DNA from: an uncultured Pseudomonadota bacterium | Lineage (GTDB): Bacteria; Pseudomonadota; Alphaproteobacteria; JACZXZ01 | Direction of reading: 5' to 3' | Length of the DNA stretch: 64,000 nt | Assembly (NCBI GenBank): GCA_963749075.1 | Contig: CAVVLJ010000016.1 | Location: forward strand, 736,001 to 800,000 | Part shown: positions 19,189 through 29,315 of the stretch, in pieces | How the letters are laid out: each line of letters begins with the position of its first letter | Numbering within the stretch: position 1 is the stretch's first letter | Notes under the pieces: model-generated | Told to the model about the DNA's origin: nothing | Seen by the model: only the letters and a program-made list of their open reading frames with translations | The model's database searches: none | Translations under genes and position numbers: made by a program

Positions 19189-19201
19189 GGAGGGCGCTCC
19201 G

Positions 19202-19386
19202 CTAACGCTGAGTTACGAGGGGTCGCGACGCTTGCGGCGACGCAGTGGGTCCTTCGAGACGCAACCCTTTCGGGTTGCTCCTCAGGACGAGGTCAATTCG
19301 TGTGTGGCAGAAAGATTCTAACTCATCCTGAGGAGCGAGCGTAGCGAGCGTCTCGAAGGACGCACTACAGCCGGTCCGAGACCCAC
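19202..19386. mobile_element. Family A element, copy 3 (reverse orientation, right end missing)
   Basis: Core at 19245-19365 with arm loop AACCCTTTCGGGTT; flank CCGGTCCGAG as in other copies; ends approximate. Confidence 0.8.
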
Positions 19387-19423
19387 TATCGCTCTCCACG
19401 TCGAGCCAGCGGGCGTCGCTCAT
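19387..19423 (-). pseudogene. 12-codon N-terminal remnant (MSDARWLDVESD) of the gene coupled to the MNT; probably a HEPN-type partner
   Basis: ATG overlaps the MNT stop (ATGA at 19420-19423); the frame runs directly into family A copy 3. Confidence 0.5.
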
Positions 19424-19749
19424 TCGAGCACCAGGCCGTCCTTGAGCACGCGTGCGACAAATTCGGGCTTGCAGTACAGGGCTGGCCGAACATCCGGCGT
19501 CAAGCCAAGGCGCCGGCATTCGCCCTCGGCGAAGCGGCGGGCTTCGGAGGTGCTGGTCTCCGGAAAATCGACCAGGATGTCGATGTCGCTGTCGAAGCGA
19601 AGGCGATCCTCGGCGGCCGATCCGAAGACGATGAAACGTCCGCCGCGAGCCCGGGCATAAGAGCGCAGCGCCTCGCACAGGGTCGCGAAACCCTGACGCA
19701 TGGCCGCCACGTGCGCACGTTTCTGCTCGGTCAGCGTCGGGAACGTCAC
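19420..19749 (-). CDS. Minimal nucleotidyltransferase (MNT) domain protein
   Basis: VFGSAA...DSDIDILVD motif; 109 aa. Confidence 0.88.
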   Translation of the reverse strand: MTFPTLTEQKRAHVAAMRQGFATLCEALRSYARARGGRFIVFGSAAEDRLRFDSDIDILVDFPETSTSEARRFAEGECRRLGLTPDVRPALYCKPEFVARVLKDGLVLE

Positions 19750-19845
19750 AGCATCACCTGGAGCTGTGGATTGCTGGCTCTATTCGCACTCATTGCAGGC
19801 CTGCGTAGTTGCCAGCCGGCCAAAGCGATGTCAAGTGCGCGCCAT

Positions 19846-20546
<701 letters not shown>

Positions 20547-20547
<1 letters not shown>

Positions 20548-21275
20548 CACACCGCCTCCTCGCCGAGGTAGGACTTGAGCACCTCGGGATGGCGCACGAC
20601 TTCGGCGGGCGGGCCCTCGGCGATGCGCTCGCCGTGGTGCAGCACGACGATGCGGCCGGCGAGCGCCATCACCGCGCGCATGACGTGCTCGATGAGGAGG
20701 ATGGTAAGGCCGCCCTCGCGGTTGAGCTCGCGCAAGACCGCCACCATGCGGTCGACCTCGGTCGGGCGCAAGCCTGCCATGGTCTCGTCGAGGAGGAGGA
20801 GGCGAGGGGCTGTCGCGAGCGCCCGTGCGAGCTCGAGGCTTTTGCGGTCGGGGAGTGCGAGGCTGCCGGCAGCGAGATGGCGCTTCTCCCAGAGATCGAG
20901 GCGGCGCAGCACCTCGGCCGCGCGCGCCCGCGCCGCCTCCACGCCGCGCTCGGCCGCCAATGCCCCCACCACCGCATTGTCCTCGACCGAGAGCGCCATG
21001 AATGGGCGCACGGTCTGGAAGGTGCGCGCGATGCCGGCGCGGCACACGGCGTCGGGCGAGAGCCCGGCGATGCTGCGGCCGTCGAGCCGCACGTCGCCCT
21101 CGTCCGGCGCATGGACGCCGGCGATGACGTTGAAGAGCGTCGTCTTGCCGGCGCCGTTGGGGCCGATGACGGCGGCGATCTCGCCGCTCCGAAGCGCAAA
21201 GGAGACCGCGTTCACGGCGACGAGGCCGCGGAAGCGCTTGCTCACCCTATCCACGCTCAGAAGGGCGGCGCTCAT
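20547..21275 (-). CDS. livG: Branched-chain amino acid ABC transporter ATP-binding protein
   Basis: GPNGAGKT, GIARTFQ, IEHVM and SYLG motifs. Confidence 0.93.
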
Positions 21276-22270
21276 GCGGCGGCTTGGCGCGCCGCGCCCC
21301 GGCGTGCGCGGCGGGCAAGCCAGGGCCACACGCCGCCCGGCAAGGCGCGGATGACGGCGATGAGGATGAGGCCGTGGATGACGAGCTCGAGCCCGGGAAG
21401 CTCGAGCCCCATAGCGCCGGTGGCGCCGAGAAGGAGGGCGCGGAGCGGCGTCAAAAGGAAAGCGCCCACGATGGGGCCCACGAGCGTGCCGAGCCCGCCC
21501 ACGATGGGGGCGAGGATGATGTCGATGGAGCTGGCAATGGAGAAGACGTGCTCGGGGAAGAGATTGTCGTTGTAGAAGGCGTAGAAGGTGCCGGCGAGCG
21601 CCGTCATCGCGGCCGAGATGAGCACGGCCGCCATGCGCGCGCGGAAGAGATTGATGCCGAGCGCCTGGGCGGCCTCCGGGTCCTCGCGGATGGCGCGCCA
21701 TTGGTAGCCGAGGCGCGAGCGCAGCAGCAGTGCTGAGATGAGGAGTGCCGCCGCGGCGAGGAGCAGGATCGCGTAATAGTAAAGCTCGATGGGGCCGCGC
21801 AGCGCCAGGATGTCGAGGCGCCCCGCCGTGGCCACGGGAATGAAGAGGCCGCCCGAGGCGCCCGTCCACTCGATGTGGTCGAAGCCGATGCGCGCCACCT
21901 CGGCGAAGGCGATGGTGAGGAGAGCAAAATAGACGCCGGAGATGCGGAAGCGGAAGCCGAGCCAGCCGATGAAGGCGCCGGCCGTGGCCGCGAGCAGCAT
22001 GCCGGGGAAGAGCCCGAGGAGCGGCGGGATGCCGTAATGGACGAAGAGTGCCGCCGAGGCATAGGCGCCGAGGCCGACATAGAGCGCGTGGCCGATCGAG
22101 AGCAGGCCGGCGAAGCCCATCATCAGGTTCCACGCCTGGCCGAGATAGGCCGAGTAGAGCACGAGGATGAGGAGGGAGAGGCTGTAGCGGTCGAGGAGGA
22201 GGGGGGCGGCGAGGAGGACGACGAGCGCTGCCGCTGCCGCGAAGAGGCCGTTCCGGGAGAGGCCGCGCAT
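21272..22270 (-). CDS. livM: Branched-chain amino acid ABC transporter permease
   Basis: WNLMMGFAGLLSIGH, YFALLTIAF and AIREDPEAA motifs. Confidence 0.92.
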   Translation of the reverse strand: MRGLSRNGLFAAAAALVVLLAAPLLLDRYSLSLLILVLYSAYLGQAWNLMMGFAGLLSIGHALYVGLGAYASAALFVHYGIPPLLGLFPGMLLAATAGAFIGWLGFRFRISGVYFALLTIAFAEVARIGFDHIEWTGASGGLFIPVATAGRLDILALRGPIELYYYAILLLAAAALLISALLLRSRLGYQWRAIREDPEAAQALGINLFRARMAAVLISAAMTALAGTFYAFYNDNLFPEHVFSIASSIDIILAPIVGGLGTLVGPIVGAFLLTPLRALLLGATGAMGLELPGLELVIHGLILIAVIRALPGGVWPWLARRARRGAARQAAA

Positions 22271-23139
22271 CAGCGCTTGCTCCCGAGCAGGCCCTGCGGC
22301 CGCACCACGAGGACGAGGACGAGGAGGGCGAAGGACACCATGCTCTTCATCGAGGGCGCCATGAGGAGCCCGGCGAGGGCTTCGGAGAGGCCGATTAGGA
22401 CGCCGCCCAGGAGTGCCCCCGCCATGCTGCCGAGCCCGCCGATGATCACGATGGTGAAGGCGAGGAGCGTGAAGTCGGGGGCAAGCGCCGGCGTGGCGTC
22501 GGAGACGAGGATCATGAGGGTGCCGGCGATACCCGCGCACGCCGCACCGATGCCGAAGCTCAGCGCATAGAGCCGCTTGAAGTCGAGCCCGACGACGGCC
22601 GCACCCACGAGATTGTCGGCCGCTGCGCGGATCGCCGTCCCGGTCCGCGTCGAACGGAAGAAGACGAAGAGGGCCGCCGCCGCCGCGATCGCCACGAGGG
22701 CGGCATAGACGCGCACCTTGTCGAGGAGGAGCGGGCCGAGCGCAAAGCTGTCGTAGGCGTAGGCCACGTCGACGTGGCGGGCGTCGGGCCCGAAGGCCAT
22801 GAGGAGGAGGTTGACGATGACGAGGGCCACGCCGGCCAGGAGGATGAACTGCTCGTGCTCGGGGCGTGCCACGAAGGGATTGATGAGGGCCGTCTGGAGC
22901 GCATAGCCGAAGCAGAAGAGGAGGAGGGCGACAGGTGCGAGTGCCAGCAAGGGATCGAGGCCGAGCCCCTTGAACAGCACGAAGGCCGCATACATGGCGA
23001 GCACCGTCATCTCGCCGTGGGCGAAGTTGACGACGCGCACGACGCCGAAGATGACCGAGAGGCCGAGCGCCATCAGGCCGTAGACGAGGCCGCTCAGCAC
23101 CCCGCTCAGCACCACGTTGGCGACGAGGGAGGCGGTCAT
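22270..23139 (-). CDS. livH: Branched-chain amino acid ABC transporter permease
   Basis: ALGLSVIFGVVRVVNFAHG and IIGGLGS motifs. Confidence 0.93.
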   Translation of the reverse strand: MTASLVANVVLSGVLSGLVYGLMALGLSVIFGVVRVVNFAHGEMTVLAMYAAFVLFKGLGLDPLLALAPVALLLFCFGYALQTALINPFVARPEHEQFILLAGVALVIVNLLLMAFGPDARHVDVAYAYDSFALGPLLLDKVRVYAALVAIAAAAALFVFFRSTRTGTAIRAAADNLVGAAVVGLDFKRLYALSFGIGAACAGIAGTLMILVSDATPALAPDFTLLAFTIVIIGGLGSMAGALLGGVLIGLSEALAGLLMAPSMKSMVSFALLVLVLVVRPQGLLGSKR

Positions 23140-23183
23140 GGAGGCTCGGGTGCGCGGCGCGCGCCGAGCCCGATGTGGAGGTA

Positions 23184-23231
23184 CCCCCCTCCCTGACCCT
23201 CCCCCTCAAGGGGAGGACTAGGAGAGGGGAG
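23184..23231. repeat. Family B REP-like unit (left arm of the doublet around the GIY-YIG gene)
   Basis: CCCCCTCCCTGACCCTCCCCCTCAAGGGGAGG; its reverse complement recurs at 24302-24332. Confidence 0.75.
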
Positions 23232-23232
23232 A

Positions 23233-23994
23233 TCACATGTTCCAATAGCGGATTGGATTCGCGGCACCCTTCTTTCGCAAGGAGTTTGGAATGCGTTTTT
23301 GCTCATACCAATCTCTCACCTCCGCCGGTGCGTACTTCCCTATGAAGCCAAACCGCCTATTCCTTGGTCCGAAACCTTCTCGAACAAGGCCAGGAAAATT
23401 TTCAGGAGTTGCTTCCAGCCAGTCCTTTGCCTCGAAAGCCCCAACTATCAAGCCCCGGCGCACAGCCAGAACATAGTCGGCCTTGCGTGCCTTTTCAGGG
23501 CCGATCTTCCAGGCAAATCGAACGGCGTCGAATAAGTCGCCGCTATCACTGGTACGATTGACGTTGATCAAAATTAGCTTGTGACGGGCTTCTGCGACGG
23601 GCGCATCGTACTCTGCAACGACTTCCTGCGCATGCATGACACCTCGATAGGCGTCTTGCCCCTTCACCAGATTCGCGAGTCCCGGATAGGCATCAATGAG
23701 GGCGGCCTCAACTTCTTTGGCTGACTCTTCGCTCATTCCGTGACGGTGAATGACGTGTCCGACTGTTAGTCCAGCGATCTTCATTTCTCTGATCGTCCTG
23801 ATTTTCTGAGGATCGCCATCGTCATTAGCTTCACCGTCACTCTGAATGCCGACGCCCTCCGCATGCTCGAAAACTCGATTGTCCTGCCCGCGTCCGACGT
23901 AGAATGTCGATCCGTCACGGGGGTCAATGAGACGATAGACGTAGAATCGTAGCTTCTCGGAAACTTTCTCGGAGAACCTCAATTTCGGAGTCAT
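23233..23994 (-). CDS. LEM-3-like GIY-YIG domain nuclease
   Basis: FYVYRLIDPRDGSTFYVGRGQDNRVFEH, EVEAALID, LANLVKG and NPIRY; lower GC; AAGGAGG RBS. Confidence 0.88.
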   Translation of the reverse strand: MTPKLRFSEKVSEKLRFYVYRLIDPRDGSTFYVGRGQDNRVFEHAEGVGIQSDGEANDDGDPQKIRTIREMKIAGLTVGHVIHRHGMSEESAKEVEAALIDAYPGLANLVKGQDAYRGVMHAQEVVAEYDAPVAEARHKLILINVNRTSDSGDLFDAVRFAWKIGPEKARKADYVLAVRRGLIVGAFEAKDWLEATPENFPGLVREGFGPRNRRFGFIGKYAPAEVRDWYEQKRIPNSLRKKGAANPIRYWNM

Positions 23995-24062
23995 GAGCCC
24001 CCTCCTTCGTGTCTCAACAACATCTTCCGGCGACGGCTCCCCACCTCCCCCTCCCTTGAGGG

Positions 24063-24301
24063 CTAAGGGATGCACACATCTCGAGGAGCCTTGCAGTACC
24101 GCTGTGGGTCCTTCGAGACGCGCCCCTTCGGGGCGCTCCTCAGGATGAGGCGATTTCGTGTGTGGCAGAAAGACCTAACCTCATCCTGAGGAGCGAGCGC
24201 AGCGAGCGTCTCGAAGGACCCACCGCAGCCAGTCCGAGGCACCTTTGACCGCGCGACACCGCGCTTTGCCGGTGATATTCGGACTTGTGTGACTCCCATA
24301 G
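24063..24301. mobile_element. Family A element, copy 4 (239 bp), inserted in a family B REP hairpin
   Basis: TIRs CTAAGGGATGCACACA / TGTGTGACTCCCATAG (13/16 match); flanking direct repeats CTCCCTTGAGGG (24051-24062) and CCCCCTTGAGGG (24302-24313). Confidence 0.88.
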
Positions 24302-24332
24302 CCCCCTTGAGGGACAGGGTCAGGGAGGGGGG
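24302..24332. repeat. Family B REP-like unit (right arm, interrupted by family A copy 4)
   Basis: CCCCCTTGAGGGACAGGGTCAGGGAGGGGGG, inverted relative to 23184-23215. Confidence 0.75.
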
Positions 24333-24377
24333 TCGCTCGAGCATCGGCGCCCGGCTCGCGCGCGTCGCGGATCGGCC

Positions 24378-25637
24378 TCAGCTGCGCTGCTGCCAACCCG
24401 GCATCGGGAAGACCGGCTTCGCGGTCGCCGCGTCGGCCGGCAGCACCACGGTGGGAGCGCCATGGAGGTTTTGCACGCTCGCCGAATCGACCTTGGGGTT
24501 CTGGCCCTTGGCGTCAAACGTGATGGGGCCGCCGATCATCAGGTGGTCGACGATGTGGGTCGTGCGCAGCGCCTGGAGGAGGGCGGCCTTGTCGTTCGAG
24601 CCTGCGCGCCTGCGGGCGTCGGCCACCACCATGATCGCCTCGAAGGTGAAGCCGGCGCTGAGCGCATTGCCGGCGAAGGATTCGCTGGGGAAGGCCTTCG
24701 CGAAGGCGGCCGCGAAAGTCGCCGCGAGCTTGCTCCTGGGATTGTACCAGGGCACGTTCGAGATGCAGTAGTCGGCATACTTGCCGAGCGCCTGGATGAA
24801 CTCCTGCTCGTACATGCCCGGGCTGCCCGGGCTCATGACGCCCATCGGCTGGTAGCGCTGCTTGACCATCTCGCGCACGAGCTTGATGGCATCGCCCGCG
24901 CGCGTGGTGACGAGGACGAGCTCGGCCCTGCTCGCGCTCGCCTTGGCGATTTCGACCGAGAGGTCCTGCGCCTTGGGGTCGTAGGAGATCTCCTCGACGA
25001 GCTTGAAGGGCATGTCGAGGGTGGGGAAGAGCTTGTCGATGGCCTGGCGGTTGGCCTGGCCGAAGGTGTCGTTGGCATGGAGGAAGACGGCGGTCTTGGG
25101 CGTCGTTCCCGTCGCCTTGAAGAGCTCCTTGGCGAGCGTGAGGCCGTTGGTGATGAGGTCGACGCTGGTCGGGAAGTTGCGGAACACCCACTTGTAGCCC
25201 TGCTCGGTGATCTGCGTGGCGGCACCGAGGTTGATGACCAGGGGCACGCCGCGCTGCTCGGCGACCTGGGCGATCACCGCAGTGGCGCCCGAATCGAAGG
25301 CGCCGACCAGCGCCTCCGCCCCGTCGTTGATGAGCTTCTCGGCCTGGGTGCGGGCGAGCTCGACGTTGCTCTCGAAATCGACGGAGACGAGCTCGACCGG
25401 CATGCCCAGATCCTTGAGGATGGCGGGCGTTATGTCGGCGCCGCGCTGGCACTGCTGGCCGGGTGCCGCGAGGTAGCCCGAGCGCGGCAGGAGAAGGCCG
25501 ATCTTGATGGCGGCATCGGCGCGCGCGCGGCGGGGGGCGAGGCCGGCTGCGCCGAGTGCTGCAGCCGCGGCCGCTCCCTTGAGCACGCTCCGGCGGCCGA
25601 GCGGGCGGCCGAAGGGATGGCGATCACCGTGACGCAT
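24378..25637 (-). CDS. Branched-chain amino acid ABC transporter substrate-binding protein (Tat signal)
   Basis: GRRSVLKG Tat motif; IKIGLLLPRSG; ITFDAKGQN. Confidence 0.92.
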   Translation of the reverse strand: MRHGDRHPFGRPLGRRSVLKGAAAAAALGAAGLAPRRARADAAIKIGLLLPRSGYLAAPGQQCQRGADITPAILKDLGMPVELVSVDFESNVELARTQAEKLINDGAEALVGAFDSGATAVIAQVAEQRGVPLVINLGAATQITEQGYKWVFRNFPTSVDLITNGLTLAKELFKATGTTPKTAVFLHANDTFGQANRQAIDKLFPTLDMPFKLVEEISYDPKAQDLSVEIAKASASRAELVLVTTRAGDAIKLVREMVKQRYQPMGVMSPGSPGMYEQEFIQALGKYADYCISNVPWYNPRSKLAATFAAAFAKAFPSESFAGNALSAGFTFEAIMVVADARRRAGSNDKAALLQALRTTHIVDHLMIGGPITFDAKGQNPKVDSASVQNLHGAPTVVLPADAATAKPVFPMPGWQQRS

Positions 25638-25770
25638 GGAGCACTTCCTCCTCTAGATTGCGGTTGCGGCGGCAACGGCGATTGCCGCGGCAACGCGGTT
25701 GGGGACAGCTTGACGGCCAAGGGAGGATGCGGTCAAGCGCAGCGGACGCTTGGGGCGCCGCCTGGCAGGG

Positions 25771-26319
25771 TCACCAATGGCGGATGCGGCCCACGTCGAC
25801 GTGCACGAAGTCGGAGCTCGGATAGTAGCCGACGCCGCCGCGCCTCAAGCGCATGGCCGCCCGGTGGAGCGAGTGGAGCGAGCGGCCGGGCAGGCGGATA
25901 TCGATCGCCTTGCCCTGCATGTGCAGGCTGTTGACCGCGACGCCGTTCGACTCCTCGTGCAGCAGGGCGTTGGTTTCGGGCGAGCGGTAGCCGGAGATCA
26001 CCTGGAACGGCGCCTGCGTGCCGAGCAGGCGCCTGAGCGCGTCGAGGAGATCGAGGAGCTGGGGGTCGATGGCGTGGACGTGGCCGGTGCGGAAGTCCCG
26101 CAGATTATAATTGACCTGGTGGAGCGCCCCTCGCACGTAGCGGCCGTTGACCCAATAATGGACGTTGAGCCGCTCGCCGGTGTGGAGGTTGTCGAGGGCG
26201 ACGCTGCGAAAACGCGCGTGCCCGAGGGAGGCCAGCGCCGGTGCCGCGAAGCTCGTCACCGCCGCGGCAGCGCCCGCACAGAGGAACAGCCGCCGCCCGC
26301 GATTGCTCGGTTCCGTCAT
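25771..26319 (-). CDS. YcbK/DUF882 family M15 peptidase (MepK-like)
   Basis: Tat signal; ISGYRSP, SLHMQGKAID and FVHVDVG motifs. Confidence 0.92.
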   Translation of the reverse strand: MTEPSNRGRRLFLCAGAAAAVTSFAAPALASLGHARFRSVALDNLHTGERLNVHYWVNGRYVRGALHQVNYNLRDFRTGHVHAIDPQLLDLLDALRRLLGTQAPFQVISGYRSPETNALLHEESNGVAVNSLHMQGKAIDIRLPGRSLHSLHRAAMRLRRGGVGYYPSSDFVHVDVGRIRHW

Positions 26320-26404
26320 TCCCTGGCGCCCCCTTGCTCATGCCCCGGCTTCGCTCATATCAGAGCCGGGTGCTTAAAGCAACCCCTTGTGATTGCTAAT
26401 CCTT

Positions 26405-28103
26405 TCAACCGCTCTGCTGGTGTGCCTCCTGGTCGGCCGGAGCCTCCTTGGGCGGTGCGGCCAGATGGCGGCTGTGGTAGGCGAAGACCTCGGCCAGGCG
26501 CTTGTCGCGGCCATAGACGTCGGGGCGGAACTCGACGCTGCCGTCGGCCTTCGCGATGGCCGTCCAATCCAGCACATAGACGGGAAGCGGCATCTTGATG
26601 GCGAGATGACGGGTGTCGCCTGCCGCGATCTTCTCCTTGAGCTCGGCCAGGCCCTCGCTCGCGTCGCCGGTGAGCGCCAGCGAGGCGAGCGGCAAGGCCT
26701 CCTCGACGCGGATGCAGCCGTGACTGAAATTGCGCTCCGCGCGCGCGAAGAGGCGGCGCAAGGGCGTGTCGTGGAGATAGACGTTCGAAGGGGTTCGGCA
26801 TCTCGATCTTGACGCCGCCGAGCGAGTTGCCCGGGCCCGGAAGCTGGCGCAGCCGGTAGGGAAAGTGCCCGTCCGGGATGGCGCTCCAATCGACGTTGAC
26901 GCCGTAGGGATCGCCCGCCGGCCCATGCACGATCACGATATTCTCGCGCTCGAGATAGCTCGAATCCTGCTTGAGCTTGGGCAGCATCTCCTTCTGCGCG
27001 ATCGAGGGCGGCACGTTCCACGGCGGGTTCACGGTGATCGAGACCGCCATCGCGCGCAGGATCGGGCTTTGGTGCTTCTCGTCGCCCACCACGACCTTGG
27101 AGGCGAGGATGACGGCGCCGTGGTCGATGACGCGGAGCTCGCCGTCCGCCGCATTGACGGCCACGTAGCGCTCCTCGAGCTGGCGCGGCATCCAGCGCCA
27201 GCGCTCCATGTTGGCGATGATCTGGTTGATCCGCTCGTCCGCGCCGACGTTGAGGGCGGCGAAGGTCTTGGCGCCGATGCGGCCGTCGACGGCCAGGCCG
27301 TTGCGCGTCTGGAAGCGCCGCAAGGCGGCCCCGAGATCGCCCTTGACGGCGTGCGCCGGCTGGGCCGCGAGCGCCGTATCCTCGACGGCGAGGTGCTGGC
27401 GGAGGGTGGCAAGGCGGGGGTCGTGGCTGTCGAGCCTGAGTTCGTCGCCCGGCGGAATCTCGGGCCAGCCGCCCTTGTCCGCGAGTTCGCGGTAGTGCTT
27501 GAGCGCGTCCTTGAGCCGCGCATACTCGGCATAGGGCGGCGGCAGCTCGGCGATGAGCCCGGCAAGGCCCTCGCCCTTGAGCGCCGCCTCGAGCGCCGCC
27601 GCTGCATCGAAGTCCTCGGCCGGCAAGTTCACGTCGTCGAACACCCGGTGGGGTGCTACGCGCCCGAGGCGCATGTCATGGGCATAGCGCAGGAAGGCGT
27701 CCGTCAGGACGAGATCGTACGCCGCCGCGGCCGCGGCATCCGCGGGTGCCGCGGTGGCGGCGAGTGCGGCCGGGTGGTAGTCCGCCGGATTGAGCCCGTC
27801 GAGGTCCGCGGCCGCCAGCGCCGAGAGGGCAAGCTTGGCGCGCTCCGCGGCATCGCCGCTTCCCGCCCAGGCGGGCTCGGCGCCGCGCGCGCCATAGAAG
27901 CGCCGCAGCGTCGCCAGGTCGAGGGGCTGGTTGTCGAGCACGTGGCTGGGTGCGGCGTCGAGGAGCTGTTGCAGCGCCTCGGATATGGCGCGGTCGACCC
28001 CGGCCGTCGCCGGCTGGGCCTGGGCCGGCACCGCCGCAAGCGCCATCAGCCCGCAGAGGAGGGCCGGGCACAGCACCTCGCGGCGATACGCGCGCCGCCG
28101 CAT
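26405..28103 (-). CDS. L,D-transpeptidase YcbB/LdtD-like, one +1 frameshift near 26785
   Basis: ANMERWRW, NPPWNVP and RQLPGPGNSLG in one frame; VYLHDTP...SHGCIRV catalytic motif in the next frame; upstream of ycbK. Confidence 0.88.
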
Positions 28104-28465
28104 CGCGTGGCGAGGGATGGCAAGAGAGGGTGACACCAATGCACTCCGCTCGGGACCGCTCCTCGACCGGCTGGCCGTTCCGTTCGCGCCGCCGCTCTTG
28201 CCGCAGCACGGCCGCATTGCCGAGGCGAGTGCCCATTCGCCGGTATCGGGACGCGCATCCACGCACCTTTCTACCACGAACCGGCGGATGACGGCTACGT
28301 TCATGGCTGGCTCTTCCACGGCGCGGCCGGGCGCAATGCGCCGGCCGAGCGTCGGCCGGCCGGACAAGGTGCCTCCTGGAAAACCGCCGCGATTTGCGCG
28401 ACTGTTGCAGGCCGGGCGGCGCCGCGCGGCAAGGTGCCAAGGCATGGGCGGGAGGGAGGCCGGCG

Positions 28466-29186
28466 ATGGTCGAGGTGCAATTGCCCGACGAGCTCGTGCG
28501 GCGCGTGATCGAGCGTCGCGGGCGGCTCCACTGCTTTGACGAGCTGGAGCCCCGCCGCACGGCGCTCGTCGTCGTCGACATGCAGACCGCATTTCTCAAG
28601 CCGGAGTGGCCGACCTCGCTGGCTGCCGCGCGGGACATCGTGCCGACCGTCAACCGCCTGGCCCGCGTGGTGCGGCAGACGGGCGGGCAGGTGGTGTGGA
28701 TCGTCTCGACCTATGGCCCGCGGGCGGAGGACCGCTGGGGCGTCCTCTTCGACCACATCCTGGGCCCGGAGGCAGGCGCCTTCTTCCGCGAGGTGCTGAG
28801 CGAGGGGCACGAGGGCCACGCGATCTGGCCTGAGCTCGAGGTCGGGCGCGAGGACGCGATCGTGGCCAAGAACCGCTTCAGCGGCTTCTGCGGCAGCGAC
28901 GGGCGCCTCGAGCGCCTCCTCCGCGAGCGCGCCCTCGATACCCTCCTCATCGCCGGCACGGTGACCAACGTGTGCTGCGAGTTCGACGGCGCGCGAGGCG
29001 GCGTTTCGCGACTTCAAGACGATCATGATCTCGGACGCCAACGCCGGACGCTCCCGGGAGGACAACCTCGCCACCTTCGCGACCTTCATCCGCGTCTTCG
29101 GCGACGTGATGTCGAGCGCCGAGGCCGCGCGGCGGCTCGAGGCGGCCGCACTTCCCGCCGCCGCTGCCGCCCGCGATTCCTGTTGA
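28466..29186 (+). CDS. Isochorismatase-like cysteine hydrolase, one +1 frameshift near 28982
   Basis: ALVVVDMQ, KNRFSGF and GTVTNVCCE, then STAREA...SDANA in the shifted frame to TGA at 29184-29186. Confidence 0.85.
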
Positions 29187-29315
29187 CTCCGAGTTGCAAC
29201 CGCCTAGGCTTCATCATGGCTCGCGGCCGGCGTTGCCGGATCGCAAAAGAGAGCCGCTGAGGCTTCGAAGGCTGCGGCGCGGGGCTGCTGCCGGAACGAA
29301 CGGGCGGAGGCTTGC

